Assembly: GCA_963843575.1 (NCBI GenBank) | Contig: CAWJKZ010000010.1 | Span: 288,001 to 352,000, forward strand | Origin: an uncultured Acidobacteriota bacterium | Lineage (GTDB): Bacteria; Acidobacteriota; UBA6911 | Direction of reading: 5' to 3' | Length of the DNA: 64,000 nucleotides | Shown here: positions 30,642-40,321 of the stretch, one piece after another | Layout: every line of letters starts with the position of its first letter | How positions within the stretch are numbered: the stretch's first letter is position 1 | The notes under the pieces: generated by a model | The model's input: the letters and a program-made list of their open reading frames with translations, nothing else | Told to the model about the DNA's origin: nothing | Database searches by the model: none | Translations under genes and position numbers: made by a program

Positions 30642-33407
30642 TCAGTGGATAAGGCGGAGGCCCGGTGGGAGCGCCTCGCCAAACACACGCTGTTCGTCGG
30701 CCTCTCCCAGTTCCGCGACTTCGCGCACCATCCGGACCCACCCCGCAGGTGCGCCCGCGGCCTCGAGGTGCCGCACCACGCGGCCGCGCAGGTCCGGGTC
30801 GACGTCTCGTTCCCGGTCGCCGCTCATGCGTGCGATGAGCGTCGAGGCAAAGGCGGCCGGGACGACGTTTTTCCAATCGAGCCGGAGCAGCTGTTCGAGC
30901 CACTCCGAGGCCACGCCCGCGGGGACGACCGCATGCGTGCTGCCATAAAACGGGACGCGCGCACCGAGCCGGCCGACCGCCCACCAAGTTTCCACCGACT
31001 CGGCCGGCTTCTTCAATCGCTCGAGCAGCCACCCTCCCGCCTCGACCTTGGTGTCAGCTGGGACGCGCTCGAGCGCGCCGGCAAGCCGCACCATGTCTTC
31101 GTAGCCGGCCTTCCGGGGGCCCGGGGCGCGCCTGGAGGCATCCTTAGGCTGCAGCTCAGTTGCGATCTCCTCGAACAGCCGCTGCTGCGCTTGCCGATCC
31201 AGCCCGCCCGCCACCCGGCGCCACAGGGTCCACCACTCCGACCAGGTGCGGGTCTCGCGTGTATGCTGCACACCCTGTTCGTGGATCGACCAGAGCAGTT
31301 GGATGCGCCAGTCGTCAAGCGGGTAGCCGAATCCCGGCCGCAGGCAGTAGCCGGCCAGGCTGAACCAGACTCGCTCGTGATCGGGCGAGCGGCGCCGGCG
31401 GCGCACCCCGTCCCAGAGGGAGCCGAACAGCTCGCGCAGCAACGGCGTTTCCCAGCGATCGCGTTCGCCGAGGACGCCTTCGAGGCTGCGGCGCAGGTTC
31501 TTCGCCTCGCGCAGCTCGACATCGCGCGCCCGCGACCCGTAGACCCGTTCGACGAGGGCTGCGGCCTGATCGAACCCGGGATGCAGCGAGTCCGCAATCG
31601 TCACGGGCGCCTTCGCCCCGCTGCGCAGCTGAAACTCGAAATGCCAGCGCCGAGACGGGTCTGCGTCAGCCACGCACCCGACCTGCAACGTCCCGACCTC
31701 CGTCAGGGCCGCCGCCAGCCGGACCGGCACTTCTTCCGCGCCCGATCGCTCTTCCAGCACCGCGGCGACCGGGGGCAGCGCGGTGTAGCCCCGTTCATCC
31801 ACCTGAACGACGTCCCCGGCCTCCACCGGGCGGTCGCCGGTCGAGGACACCAGGTGGAAACGCACAGGCTGCCCGAGCCTCAGCGAGAAGGCGCGGTCCG
31901 CCAGCAGGATCTCCTTCCCCTCCTCGGCGCCGCGCGGCAGAAGGCAGACGGCCTCCTGCACCCCCGGGGTCTGGGAATCGAGCAGGAGGAAGTAGCTGCG
32001 CGCCGATCCACCTCCGATGCGGATGCCTTGCCCGCGCCGCGCCAGGCCGTAAGCGACGGCGCCGCGCGCGACCGCCAGATCGGGGGTCTCGTTGTCGAGC
32101 AGCGCGACCGGGCCGCCGCGCCAATCCTGGAGCACTTCCACCAGGCGCCGGGCCAGCAGCCTGCCGCGAAAGACGCCGCCGTTGAGTAGCATCGCGTCCG
32201 GGAAGGCCGGGGAATCCTCCGTGCCCAAGGCGTCGCGGCAGGCGTGGGCATGACCCGCGAGGAAAGCCGCCAGGTGACGGGTGACGGAGGGGTCGGCGGC
32301 GTAGGGTAATCCGAACTCGACAATCCCGCCGCGCAGGCTTTGCGGTCTGTCCTCGGACGCCACGCGGGGGAAGAAACCTTCCACCAGCGCCTGCCGGACC
32401 TCCTCCCGCGTCAACACGGCCGAGCGCGCCCCCGCGACGAGGCGTGCCCCGGCACCGAGCACGGTCACGGTGGCGGATTCCGGAGCATCCTCGGGGGCAA
32501 GCAGCCGCTCCTTGGCGCCGCGGCACTGCTGGATGAGCTGGGACAGGTCTGCGGCCCCGAGCTTCGCCCCCGACTTCACGATGCGCGCCTCGGCCAGATG
32601 CGCGAGCGCGAGGTCCATGTTGTCGCCGCCGAGCATGAGGTGGTCGCCGACGCCGATGCGCACCAGTCGCGGTTGGCCTGTGCCCTGTTCGACCTTGATG
32701 AGGGTGAAGTCCGTGGTCCCGCCCCCCACGTCGCACACCAGCAGCAGCCGCACTCCGCCCAGCGCTCGTTCAAGTTCCGCGCCGTGGCGTGCGAGCCAGT
32801 CGTAGCACGCCGCCTGCGGCTCCTCGAGCAGGCGCACGCGGGCGAGGCCCGCCAGGGCCGCGGCCTGGACGGTGAGGGCCCGCGCGGATTCGTCGAAGGA
32901 TGCGGGGACCGTCAGGACGATCTCCTGCTCCTGCAGCGGGTCGGCCGGAAACCTGTGGTTCCACGCCGCACGCAGGTGCGCGAGATAGCTTGCGCTCGCG
33001 TGCAGCGGCGAGATCCGGGCGACATCGCCGGGCGCGCCCCAGGGAAGAATCGGTTCGGTCCGGTCGACGGAGCGGTGTGACAGCCAGCTCTTGGCGCTCG
33101 ATATGAGGCGGCCGGGGACGCGCGAGCCAAACTCGCGCGCCAGTTCCCCGACAACACCGGCGGGCAGGTGCAACGCGAGATCCGGATTCGGCCAGGGGAG
33201 CGCAACGTCGTCCGGGGCCACTTCCCCTTCGCCCGGGTGGTAGCGGAGCGAGGGGAGCAGCGGGCGTCGGCCGACCTCGCCGGGCGCGACCAGCTGCTCG
33301 ATCTCAAACAGCGCGGGCGACGTCTGGCCCGGCCCGTCGATCGCGGCGAAGGCAGCCACCGTGTGGGTGGTGCCCAGATCGATGCCGACCAGGTAGCGCG
33401 CCATCAC
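30642..33407 (-). CDS. Atypical Hsp70-family protein with C-terminal DUF3731-like helical domain
   Basis: GIDLGTT, SAKSWL, TVPASF, EEPQAA, DVGGGTTDF, LGGDNMD; C-term GYCLRPGFG..LDDWR, WWTLWRRVAGGL, GRLGARVPFYG. Confidence 0.9.
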   Translation of the reverse strand: MMARYLVGIDLGTTHTVAAFAAIDGPGQTSPALFEIEQLVAPGEVGRRPLLPSLRYHPGEGEVAPDDVALPWPNPDLALHLPAGVVGELAREFGSRVPGRLISSAKSWLSHRSVDRTEPILPWGAPGDVARISPLHASASYLAHLRAAWNHRFPADPLQEQEIVLTVPASFDESARALTVQAAALAGLARVRLLEEPQAACYDWLARHGAELERALGGVRLLLVCDVGGGTTDFTLIKVEQGTGQPRLVRIGVGDHLMLGGDNMDLALAHLAEARIVKSGAKLGAADLSQLIQQCRGAKERLLAPEDAPESATVTVLGAGARLVAGARSAVLTREEVRQALVEGFFPRVASEDRPQSLRGGIVEFGLPYAADPSVTRHLAAFLAGHAHACRDALGTEDSPAFPDAMLLNGGVFRGRLLARRLVEVLQDWRGGPVALLDNETPDLAVARGAVAYGLARRGQGIRIGGGSARSYFLLLDSQTPGVQEAVCLLPRGAEEGKEILLADRAFSLRLGQPVRFHLVSSTGDRPVEAGDVVQVDERGYTALPPVAAVLEERSGAEEVPVRLAAALTEVGTLQVGCVADADPSRRWHFEFQLRSGAKAPVTIADSLHPGFDQAAALVERVYGSRARDVELREAKNLRRSLEGVLGERDRWETPLLRELFGSLWDGVRRRRRSPDHERVWFSLAGYCLRPGFGYPLDDWRIQLLWSIHEQGVQHTRETRTWSEWWTLWRRVAGGLDRQAQQRLFEEIATELQPKDASRRAPGPRKAGYEDMVRLAGALERVPADTKVEAGGWLLERLKKPAESVETWWAVGRLGARVPFYGSTHAVVPAGVASEWLEQLLRLDWKNVVPAAFASTLIARMSGDRERDVDPDLRGRVVRHLEAAGAPAGWVRMVREVAELGEADEQRVFGEALPPGLRLIH

Positions 33408-33410
33408 GCG

Positions 33411-35247
33411 TCAGCTCTCCGACGAACCGCGCACGTTGAATTCGACCCCCCACCTCTCGGGCCCCTGGCGCGGCGAGGCCTCGAGCTTCAGGGTGCCGAC
33501 CTCGGTCACGCGCGCGTGCAGCGTCACCGGCACGATCTCGCCGGGGCTGCGCCCGTCGGCCGGCAGCTCTGCCTGGATCGCTTCCAGTTCCTCCAGCTCG
33601 CCGGCGCCCCAATCCTCGAGCAGGGTGCCGACCTCGTCGTGCCGGCGCACCGTGGAGCCGAAAAAACGGAAGCGGACGGGCTGGCCGATCACAAGCCCCA
33701 ACTGGCGGCCGGGGAGCGCGGCCTCGGTCCCCTCCTCCATGCCGAACGGGGCGACACAGAGCGCGTGCACCGGGGGCTCGATGCCGGGGACAGCCGGGAC
33801 AGCGCTCTCGACGCCGACATAGTAGGCGCGCGCGGTCCCCCCGCGGATGCGGACCCCGCGACCCCGGCGGACGCAGCCGTAGTAAGCCGCGCCCCGGGCG
33901 ACCGCCAGATCCAGGTCCGCGCCCTGCCAGCATCCGGGCGGGCTCCGCCCCGGCATCCCGCAGCCAAGCGCCGATCACACCGGAGACGCGTTCGACAAGG
34001 GCGCCGGCCTTGAAAACGCCGCCGTTGAACAGCACGGCGGTCGGCCGGATGAAGCCGGTCCCGGCCCCGAACCCTTGCAAGTCGGCGGCCGCCTCCAGCT
34101 GACGCCCCAGGAATCCCGCCAGGTGCCGCGTGATCGCGGGGTCCTGCGCGTAGGGCAGCCCCACCCGGGTCAGGGCGGTTCTCGCCCGCGCCGCGGGCCG
34201 GGCGGAAACCTCGACCATGGGGAAGAAGCCTTCGATCAGGGTCTCGACGACCTCTTTTCGGGTGAGCTCGGTCCGGACGGTCTTGCCGACCAGCCGCGAG
34301 CCGCGGCCCGGCACCGCTATTGGGCAGGACTTCGTCCCGGCGTCGGACAGCAGCGTCTCCTTCGCCGCGCGGCAGCCGTGGGTCAGCGCCTGGAGCTGCC
34401 AGCCGTCCAGCTCCTTCCCTTCCCTGCTCAGCTTGGCCTTCACCACGTGCGCCAGCGCCAGGTCCATGTTGTCGCCGCCCAGGAGGATGTGATCGCCGAC
34501 CGCGATGCGGCGGAGCTCTACGGAGCCGTCGCGATCGGTGACGGCGATCAGGGAGAAATCGGTCGTGCCGCCGCCCACGTCCACCACCAGGACGACGTCG
34601 CCGGGTTTCACCTGCGCGCGCCACGAGTCGCCGCCGGCGTGGATCCAGTGATAGAAGGCGGCCTGCGGCTCCTCGAGCAGCGCCATTCTCTCGCAACCGG
34701 CCTGCGCGGCCGCCTCGGCCGTCAGCTCCCGCGCGGCCGGATCGAACGAGGCCGGGACCGTGAGGATGACGTCCTGCTCGCGCAGCGGGGCGTCCGGGTG
34801 TGCGAGGTCCCAGGCCTCGCGCATGTGGGCCAGGTACCGGACGGATGCCTCGAGGGGCGATACGCGCCTCACCTCGTCGGGAGCGTCGAGGGGCAGGATC
34901 GCGGCGCGGCGGTCCACCCCGGCGTTCGAGAGCCAGCTTTTGGCGCTCGACACGAGCCGGATCGGCGTGGCGGCGCCGCGCGTGCGCGCGAGTTCCCCGA
35001 CCAGGACGTCGGAAGAGGCGTCCCACGGCAGCCCGAGATCCGAGGCCGACATCTCCTCGGGGTGCGGCAGATAGAGGAACGAGGGGAGCAACAGCCGCTC
35101 CTCCACGCTGCCGGGGGCTGTCAATTGGGGTATCGTCATCGTCTCGACCGCGGCCCTGTCCTGCTCGGTCTGGGCAAGATCCGTAAAGGACATCGCACAG
35201 TTGGTGGTACCCAGGTCGATCCCCACGGCGTAACGCGCGTCGGTCAC
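33411..35247 (-). CDS. Atypical Hsp70-family protein (one frameshift near 33925)
   Basis: GTG start overlapping upstream stop; same NBD motifs; C-term continues in ORF 33411-33956 (DLAVARGAAYYG...TEVGTL). Confidence 0.9.
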
Positions 35248-35808
35248 AGTTCTACCTCCGCCGGGGCGAGAATGCGTGTGTCGTGGGTCCGGGAGACCTT
35301 GGGCAACTTCACCTCGGCCGCGCGCCATCCGCGATGGATCAGGCTGCCGGTAAAGGGCGCCCTGCCGACGACGTTGCCGGTCAGCCGGACGGAAGAGGGA
35401 TCGAACCCGTCCTGCAACGTGACCCGGCTTCCTTCGGGCTCGTTTCGCAGCGGCACGATCGAGAAGTGGTCGCGCACCGCCTTGCGGCAGCCTTCGTGCA
35501 CGACGCGCGCCGCAGCCCCGATCTCCGCGTCGGAAAAAGCGGACACGTCCTCCTCGAGGAAATCGATCAGCCGCCCCTCCTGCTGCAGCAGGCCGAGAAG
35601 CTGCAGGGCTGCGTCCGGCGCCGCTGTGGAAAAGCCGGGCGCCGCGCCCGGCGCCGGTTTTGCCTTGCCCGGCGCGACCGGGGCAGGCGCAGGCGGGCGC
35701 AACTGCTTCTCAATAGCCGCGGCGGTCTCGGGCTCCGAAATCGTGCGGAAAAACGCGGCGAACGCCAGCGACAGGCGCTTGAAGAAACGGGAGGCTCGGC
35801 TCGGTCAT
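35244..35808 (-). CDS. DUF2760 family protein (frameshift after codon ~7)
   Basis: AGGAG RBS, MTEPSLP/FFKRLSLAFAAFFR, Pro/Ala linker, LQ.EGRLIDFLEED, IGAAAR.VH, GFDP, HRGW, APAEVEL. Confidence 0.85.
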
Positions 35809-35953
35809 CTCTGCTCCTAGAAAGTGTCGCAGGAATCATAGATGGTCACGCGACTGCCTCCAAGGGGTCTCGGGGGCCTAAGAGATGAATTTCAGGGGTC
35901 ACTCCGAGGCTCGAAGGGCCCTAAGAATCTCGAAGATAGCCCCGAACTCGCAG

Positions 35954-35983
35954 TTGATTCGTAAGCAGGTCTTTTGGTAGAAT
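35954..35983 (+). promoter_or_regulatory. sigma70 promoter of tRNA-Gly
   Basis: TTGATT-18-TAGAAT with extended TG and GC-rich discriminator. Confidence 0.7.
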
Positions 35984-35995
35984 GGCCCGCCAAGA

Positions 35996-36070
<75 letters not shown>

Positions 36071-36348
36071 TTCCAATCTGAACTCCCCAACAGCTTAGCG
36101 AAAGACAAGAACGACAGGCGGACGCGTTTGTAGGGGCCTGCCGGGCGCCTCGCGGCATCGCCCGCAAGTGGCGGTACAGATCCGCGACGGCGTAGGTCAC
36201 TACCGCAAAAAAAGTCAAACGCGGCAGATCTCGTGAAGTTTGGACGGGGATTTTCGCGGTTCCACGCGGATATTGACCTTGTGACAGGCCGCGTGAATCG
36301 GTCGAATCCGTGGAATCCGCGTCCTGTTGTGTTACTCGGTGACCGGCC

Positions 36349-37137
36349 TCACTGAGCCGGCCGGCCCCGGGCCTGCATCAGCGCCCGTCCGGTCGGCAGT
36401 ATCCGGACCGAGTCGATCTCGCGCAGTCTGGCCAGGAGTTTCTCCAGGTATCCGGGGCTTATGGGGCCCCAACCCTCTTCGTCCAACCCGTGGAGGTTGT
36501 AGACCATCCAGCCTTGGGGCTGGGCCAGGAGCTTCTCGACCGTTCCGTCGACATGTTTCTCCGCACTGTCGGGGCCCCAGCCTCCCGTCGTCACCTTGCA
36601 GGTTCCCGGAGCCGGGAGAGGATTGATCATCCCACCGGTCGTGCGAAACGCCATGAACACCGTCGGGAGCCATTCTTCCAGCTCCGGGGAAGACTGGTTG
36701 TAGGGGAAGTTGAATACCGCCCTTTTCGCGTCGAACCCGCGCAATTCCCTCGAAAACACGTCCAGGCACCTGAGGATCAGGTCCTTGGCCTCGGGCAGCG
36801 GAATACTCGCCAGGTGGGCGTGGCGGTAACCGTGAGGCATGATCTCGTGGCCGCGATCCTGGAGCTCGTTCCATAATCCGAAGTCGCCGAACAACTCCTG
36901 TTTCATGTAGTCGTCCCGCACCTCGTTCCCGGGCATGTGTGCCGACGCGATGATGTTGAAACAGGCCGACAGGCTGAACTTCTCGTAGATCCCGGCGATC
37001 CGGGTGAAGGACTTCCTGAACCCGTCGTCGAAGCTCAGGCTCACGATGTGCCGCCTTGCGGCGGCGGGCTGCACCGGGGCCGAAAAACCGGTCAAAGCTG
37101 CCGCCGCCACCGTACCGACGAACTCCCTGCGTCTCAT
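36349..37137 (-). CDS. Polysaccharide deacetylase, Tat-exported
   Basis: RRREF; SLSFDDG; GHEIMPHGYRH; FPY. Confidence 0.85.
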   Translation of the reverse strand: MRRREFVGTVAAAALTGFSAPVQPAAARRHIVSLSFDDGFRKSFTRIAGIYEKFSLSACFNIIASAHMPGNEVRDDYMKQELFGDFGLWNELQDRGHEIMPHGYRHAHLASIPLPEAKDLILRCLDVFSRELRGFDAKRAVFNFPYNQSSPELEEWLPTVFMAFRTTGGMINPLPAPGTCKVTTGGWGPDSAEKHVDGTVEKLLAQPQGWMVYNLHGLDEEGWGPISPGYLEKLLARLREIDSVRILPTGRALMQARGRPAQ

Positions 37138-37329
37138 GGCCGTTCCTTTCTGCGCCCCGGGTCGGGCCCGACCCGGAGCCGTCGTCGTTGTCGAACCGGA
37201 TTGCCGTTTTATATCATTGACAGGCTCGGGCCGTGAGAGTGATCTGAGTCGGATGTTCTGGCCGTGGGCGGCACGGGCGCCGATGAGATTCAGGTAAGAT
37301 AGATAATCTGCATCGAAAGGGGCCGGCCT

Positions 37330-38337
37330 GTGAGAAACGCGCTGAGATACACCGGGGTCGCGGCCGCCGCAACCGCGGCGCTTTGTTCGGTCTATCTCTA
37401 TCGCACGATCCAGCTTGGGCGCGGCGACGCACAACCCGTTCAGATCGAGAATCTGAACCCGCGCGGGGAGATGCTCGGCCCAGAGGGCATGGCGTTTGAC
37501 GCCCAGGGCAACCTGTATGTCGGTGACGCATCGGGAGTCGTGTGGAGATTCGAGCGCGGTGGCCCTCCGGCCGTGTATGCCCACCTGGACCAGCTGCAGC
37601 CCCCGGCGGGGATTCACGCCGGCGGCATGGTGTTCGACGCACAAGGGAACCTGTACGTGGCGACCTTCGGTTTTGCGCGCGGGTCGATTCTGAGGATCGA
37701 CCCGGAGAGGAAGGTGCGCTTCTTCGCCCGGGACATCGGAAGCGCGAATGCGCTCGCCGTCACGTCGGACGGCCGTCACCTCTGGGCTTCCGACGGCAGC
37801 CGGTCGGGACGGGTGTTGCGTTATCCGCTGGGCGGGGGGGACCCGGCTCAGCCGGACCTCGCGGTTCAGGGGTTTCGGTATCCGAATGGGATCGCCCTGG
37901 GGAAAGACGAGGCGGCGCTGTTCGTCGCGGAAACCTATTCGGGCAGCATCGTGCGGGTCGACCTTCACGAAACCGGCGCCGGTTCCCCCGAGAGGATAAT
38001 CGAGATCAAAGGGGCATTCAGCAGGGGCACGCTGGACGGGCTGGCCTTCGACCCGAGGGACCAGGGCCGGCGGTTTCTGTACGTGGCGGAGAACCTGCGG
38101 GGGATGTTCACGGTCGTCGATCTGGCAGCCAGGCCTCCCGGTGTGGTCAGGCGCTACTCCGTGTCGCTGATGGGCGGCCGCCCCTGCCCCGCGTCCACCC
38201 TGATCCGCGACGGCTACCTGTACTTCACCGACCCCTGGGCCTGCTCGCCCCTGAGGCTGCTGGCCGGGTCACCCACGTACCACCGGCACACGTTCCGGTT
38301 CAGGCTCCTCGACCTGTCGACCCTGTACAACCCCTGA
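37330..38337 (+). CDS. SMP-30/gluconolactonase beta-propeller protein
   Basis: GPEGMAFD, YPNGIAL, LFVAET, DGLAFD. Confidence 0.85.
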   Translation: MRNALRYTGVAAAATAALCSVYLYRTIQLGRGDAQPVQIENLNPRGEMLGPEGMAFDAQGNLYVGDASGVVWRFERGGPPAVYAHLDQLQPPAGIHAGGMVFDAQGNLYVATFGFARGSILRIDPERKVRFFARDIGSANALAVTSDGRHLWASDGSRSGRVLRYPLGGGDPAQPDLAVQGFRYPNGIALGKDEAALFVAETYSGSIVRVDLHETGAGSPERIIEIKGAFSRGTLDGLAFDPRDQGRRFLYVAENLRGMFTVVDLAARPPGVVRRYSVSLMGGRPCPASTLIRDGYLYFTDPWACSPLRLLAGSPTYHRHTFRFRLLDLSTLYNP

Positions 38338-38345
38338 GCGGGCTT

Positions 38346-38705
38346 TCAGAAGGCGTCCCGGAGCAGTTCGACGGCCTCAGAGGGCTCCCCCGGGGCGACG
38401 ACCGAGACGATGTCGAAGCGCCACGCGTACCCTCCCAGATCGTACCGCGCGAGGAACTCCCCGGCCGTGCGGCGCAGCTTCTGCTTCTTCTGCCAGTCGA
38501 CAAACTCCCACGGTTCGCCAAACGCGCTCCGGGCGCGGGCCTTCACCTCGACAAACACCAGCACGGCGCCGTCGAACGCGACGATGTCGAGCTCCCCGCC
38601 GCGGCCGCGAAACCGCCGGGCCAGTATGTCGTACCCCAGCCGCATCAGGTAGCGGCAGGCGCACCGCTCGCCCAGGCGCCCAAGACGCAGGTGGGCCGCC
38701 TCCAT
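38346..38705 (-). CDS. yraN: YraN family endonuclease-like protein
   Basis: G..GE..A..YL...GY.IL, GELDIVA, VFVEVKAR, RFD. Confidence 0.92.
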   Translation of the reverse strand: MEAAHLRLGRLGERCACRYLMRLGYDILARRFRGRGGELDIVAFDGAVLVFVEVKARARSAFGEPWEFVDWQKKQKLRRTAGEFLARYDLGGYAWRFDIVSVVAPGEPSEAVELLRDAF

Positions 38706-38830
38706 GAACGGGTAGTTTCGCCGGATCCGGTTAAATTTGCGGGATACTATACAAATAACTTCTCACGGAAGCCGCGGAAAAAAACGGAGGACACGGAAGG
38801 ACTCAGTCTGGAACCCATCGGTGACCAAGG

Positions 38831-40222
38831 TCAGCGGGTCCTTTTCCAGCGGATGCCATCCCTGGTGTCTTCCAGCAGGATGCCCTGGGACGACAGCCAG
38901 TCGCGAATCGCGTCGGCCGCGGCAAAATCGCGCCTGCGGCGCGCCGCCTGCCGTTCCTCGATTTTCCGGAGTATTTCGTCGTCGAGCAGCTTCGGCTCGG
39001 GGGGAAGCACGTCGAAAACGGCGTCGACCTCACGAATGAACGCGAGGGCCAGCGCCGCGTCCCCGGGGGTTACGGCGCCGCGGCCGAGATCCTGGTAGGT
39101 CGTGTGCACGAAATCGAAAACCGCAGCCAGGGCCGCCGACGTATTCAGGTCGTCGTCCATGGCGTCGGTATATCGGAGGCGGGCGACGGCCACTGCGGCG
39201 GCGAAGGCCTCCGACCGCGGAGCCTCGCCCGCGACTTCCTTCATGCGTAGCGTGAAATCCGCAAGCCGCTGGATGGACGCCTGCGCCTGCCGCAGCCCGT
39301 CAGTCGTGAAATTCAGCTGTCTGCGGTAGTTTACCGAAAGCAGCAGATAACGGATCGCCTCCGAGGTGTGCCCCTGGGCGAGAAGGTCCCGCAAGGTGAA
39401 CTGGTTCCCCTTGGACTTCGACATCTTCTCGCCTTCGATCAGGAGAAACTCCGGGTGTACCCAGTAGCGGACGAACGGCCTTCCGGTCGCCCCTTCGCTC
39501 TGGGCAATTTCGTTTTCGTGGTGGGGGAAGACCAGGTCGACCCCGCCGCAGTGTATGTCGAAAGTCTCGCCCAAGTACTTCATGCTCATCGCGGAGCACT
39601 CGATGTGCCAGCCGGGCCGGCCCGGGCCGAGCGCGGTCTCCCAGAAATCCTCACCCTCCTTCGACGCCTTCCATAGCGCAAAATCGCGCGCGTCGTCCTT
39701 CTCGTACTCGTCACTGTCGCCGCGCGCGCCAGGCTGCATCGCCGCAAAATCTTTCTTGCTGAGCTTCCCGTACCCGGGGAAACGGGCGATGCTGAAATAG
39801 ATGGATCCGTCGCGCCGGTAGGTGAAACCCCTCTCTTCCAGTTTCCGGATCAGCTCGACCATCTCGGGGATGTGTTCGGTCGCCCGGGGCATCAGTTCCG
39901 GCTGCTCGAGGCGAAGCGCGCGACTGTCCTCGAGGAAGGCCTCGGTGTACCGGGCCGTGTACTGCGCCAGGGTCACGCCCTGCTGGCGGGCGTTCCTGAT
40001 GGTCTTGTCGTCGACGTCCGTGATGTTCATGACGTGAACGACCCTGAACCCCCGGTACCGCAAATACCTGCGCAGAAGGTCCTGAAACGAAAAAGTGCGG
40101 AAGTTGCCGATGTGGGCATAGTCGTAAACCGTCGGACCGCAGGTGTAGAGCCGTACGACCCCGTCCTCGATCGGGTGAAACTCCTCCTTGGTCCCGGTCA
40201 GCGTGTTGTGCAGCTTGATCAT
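38831..40222 (-). CDS. cysS: Cysteine--tRNA ligase
   Basis: CGPTVY..HIGN, PGWHIEC, FPHHENE, KMSKS. Confidence 0.98.
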   Translation of the reverse strand: MIKLHNTLTGTKEEFHPIEDGVVRLYTCGPTVYDYAHIGNFRTFSFQDLLRRYLRYRGFRVVHVMNITDVDDKTIRNARQQGVTLAQYTARYTEAFLEDSRALRLEQPELMPRATEHIPEMVELIRKLEERGFTYRRDGSIYFSIARFPGYGKLSKKDFAAMQPGARGDSDEYEKDDARDFALWKASKEGEDFWETALGPGRPGWHIECSAMSMKYLGETFDIHCGGVDLVFPHHENEIAQSEGATGRPFVRYWVHPEFLLIEGEKMSKSKGNQFTLRDLLAQGHTSEAIRYLLLSVNYRRQLNFTTDGLRQAQASIQRLADFTLRMKEVAGEAPRSEAFAAAVAVARLRYTDAMDDDLNTSAALAAVFDFVHTTYQDLGRGAVTPGDAALALAFIREVDAVFDVLPPEPKLLDDEILRKIEERQAARRRRDFAAADAIRDWLSSQGILLEDTRDGIRWKRTR

Positions 40223-40321
40223 TGTGTCCCGTGCCGTAAGTGGAGCCCCAGCTTACTTTGGGATCCAGACAGAGTCAAGCCGACGCCAGTCCGCCCGGTG
40301 CCGCGCGCCGGTAGCCGGCCC

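Noticed and set aside
36260-38830. Short CACGGAA / ATCCGTGGAATCCGCG motifs at ~36260-36325 and ~38763-38800
   Set aside because: Too short and degenerate to define an element from this window alone
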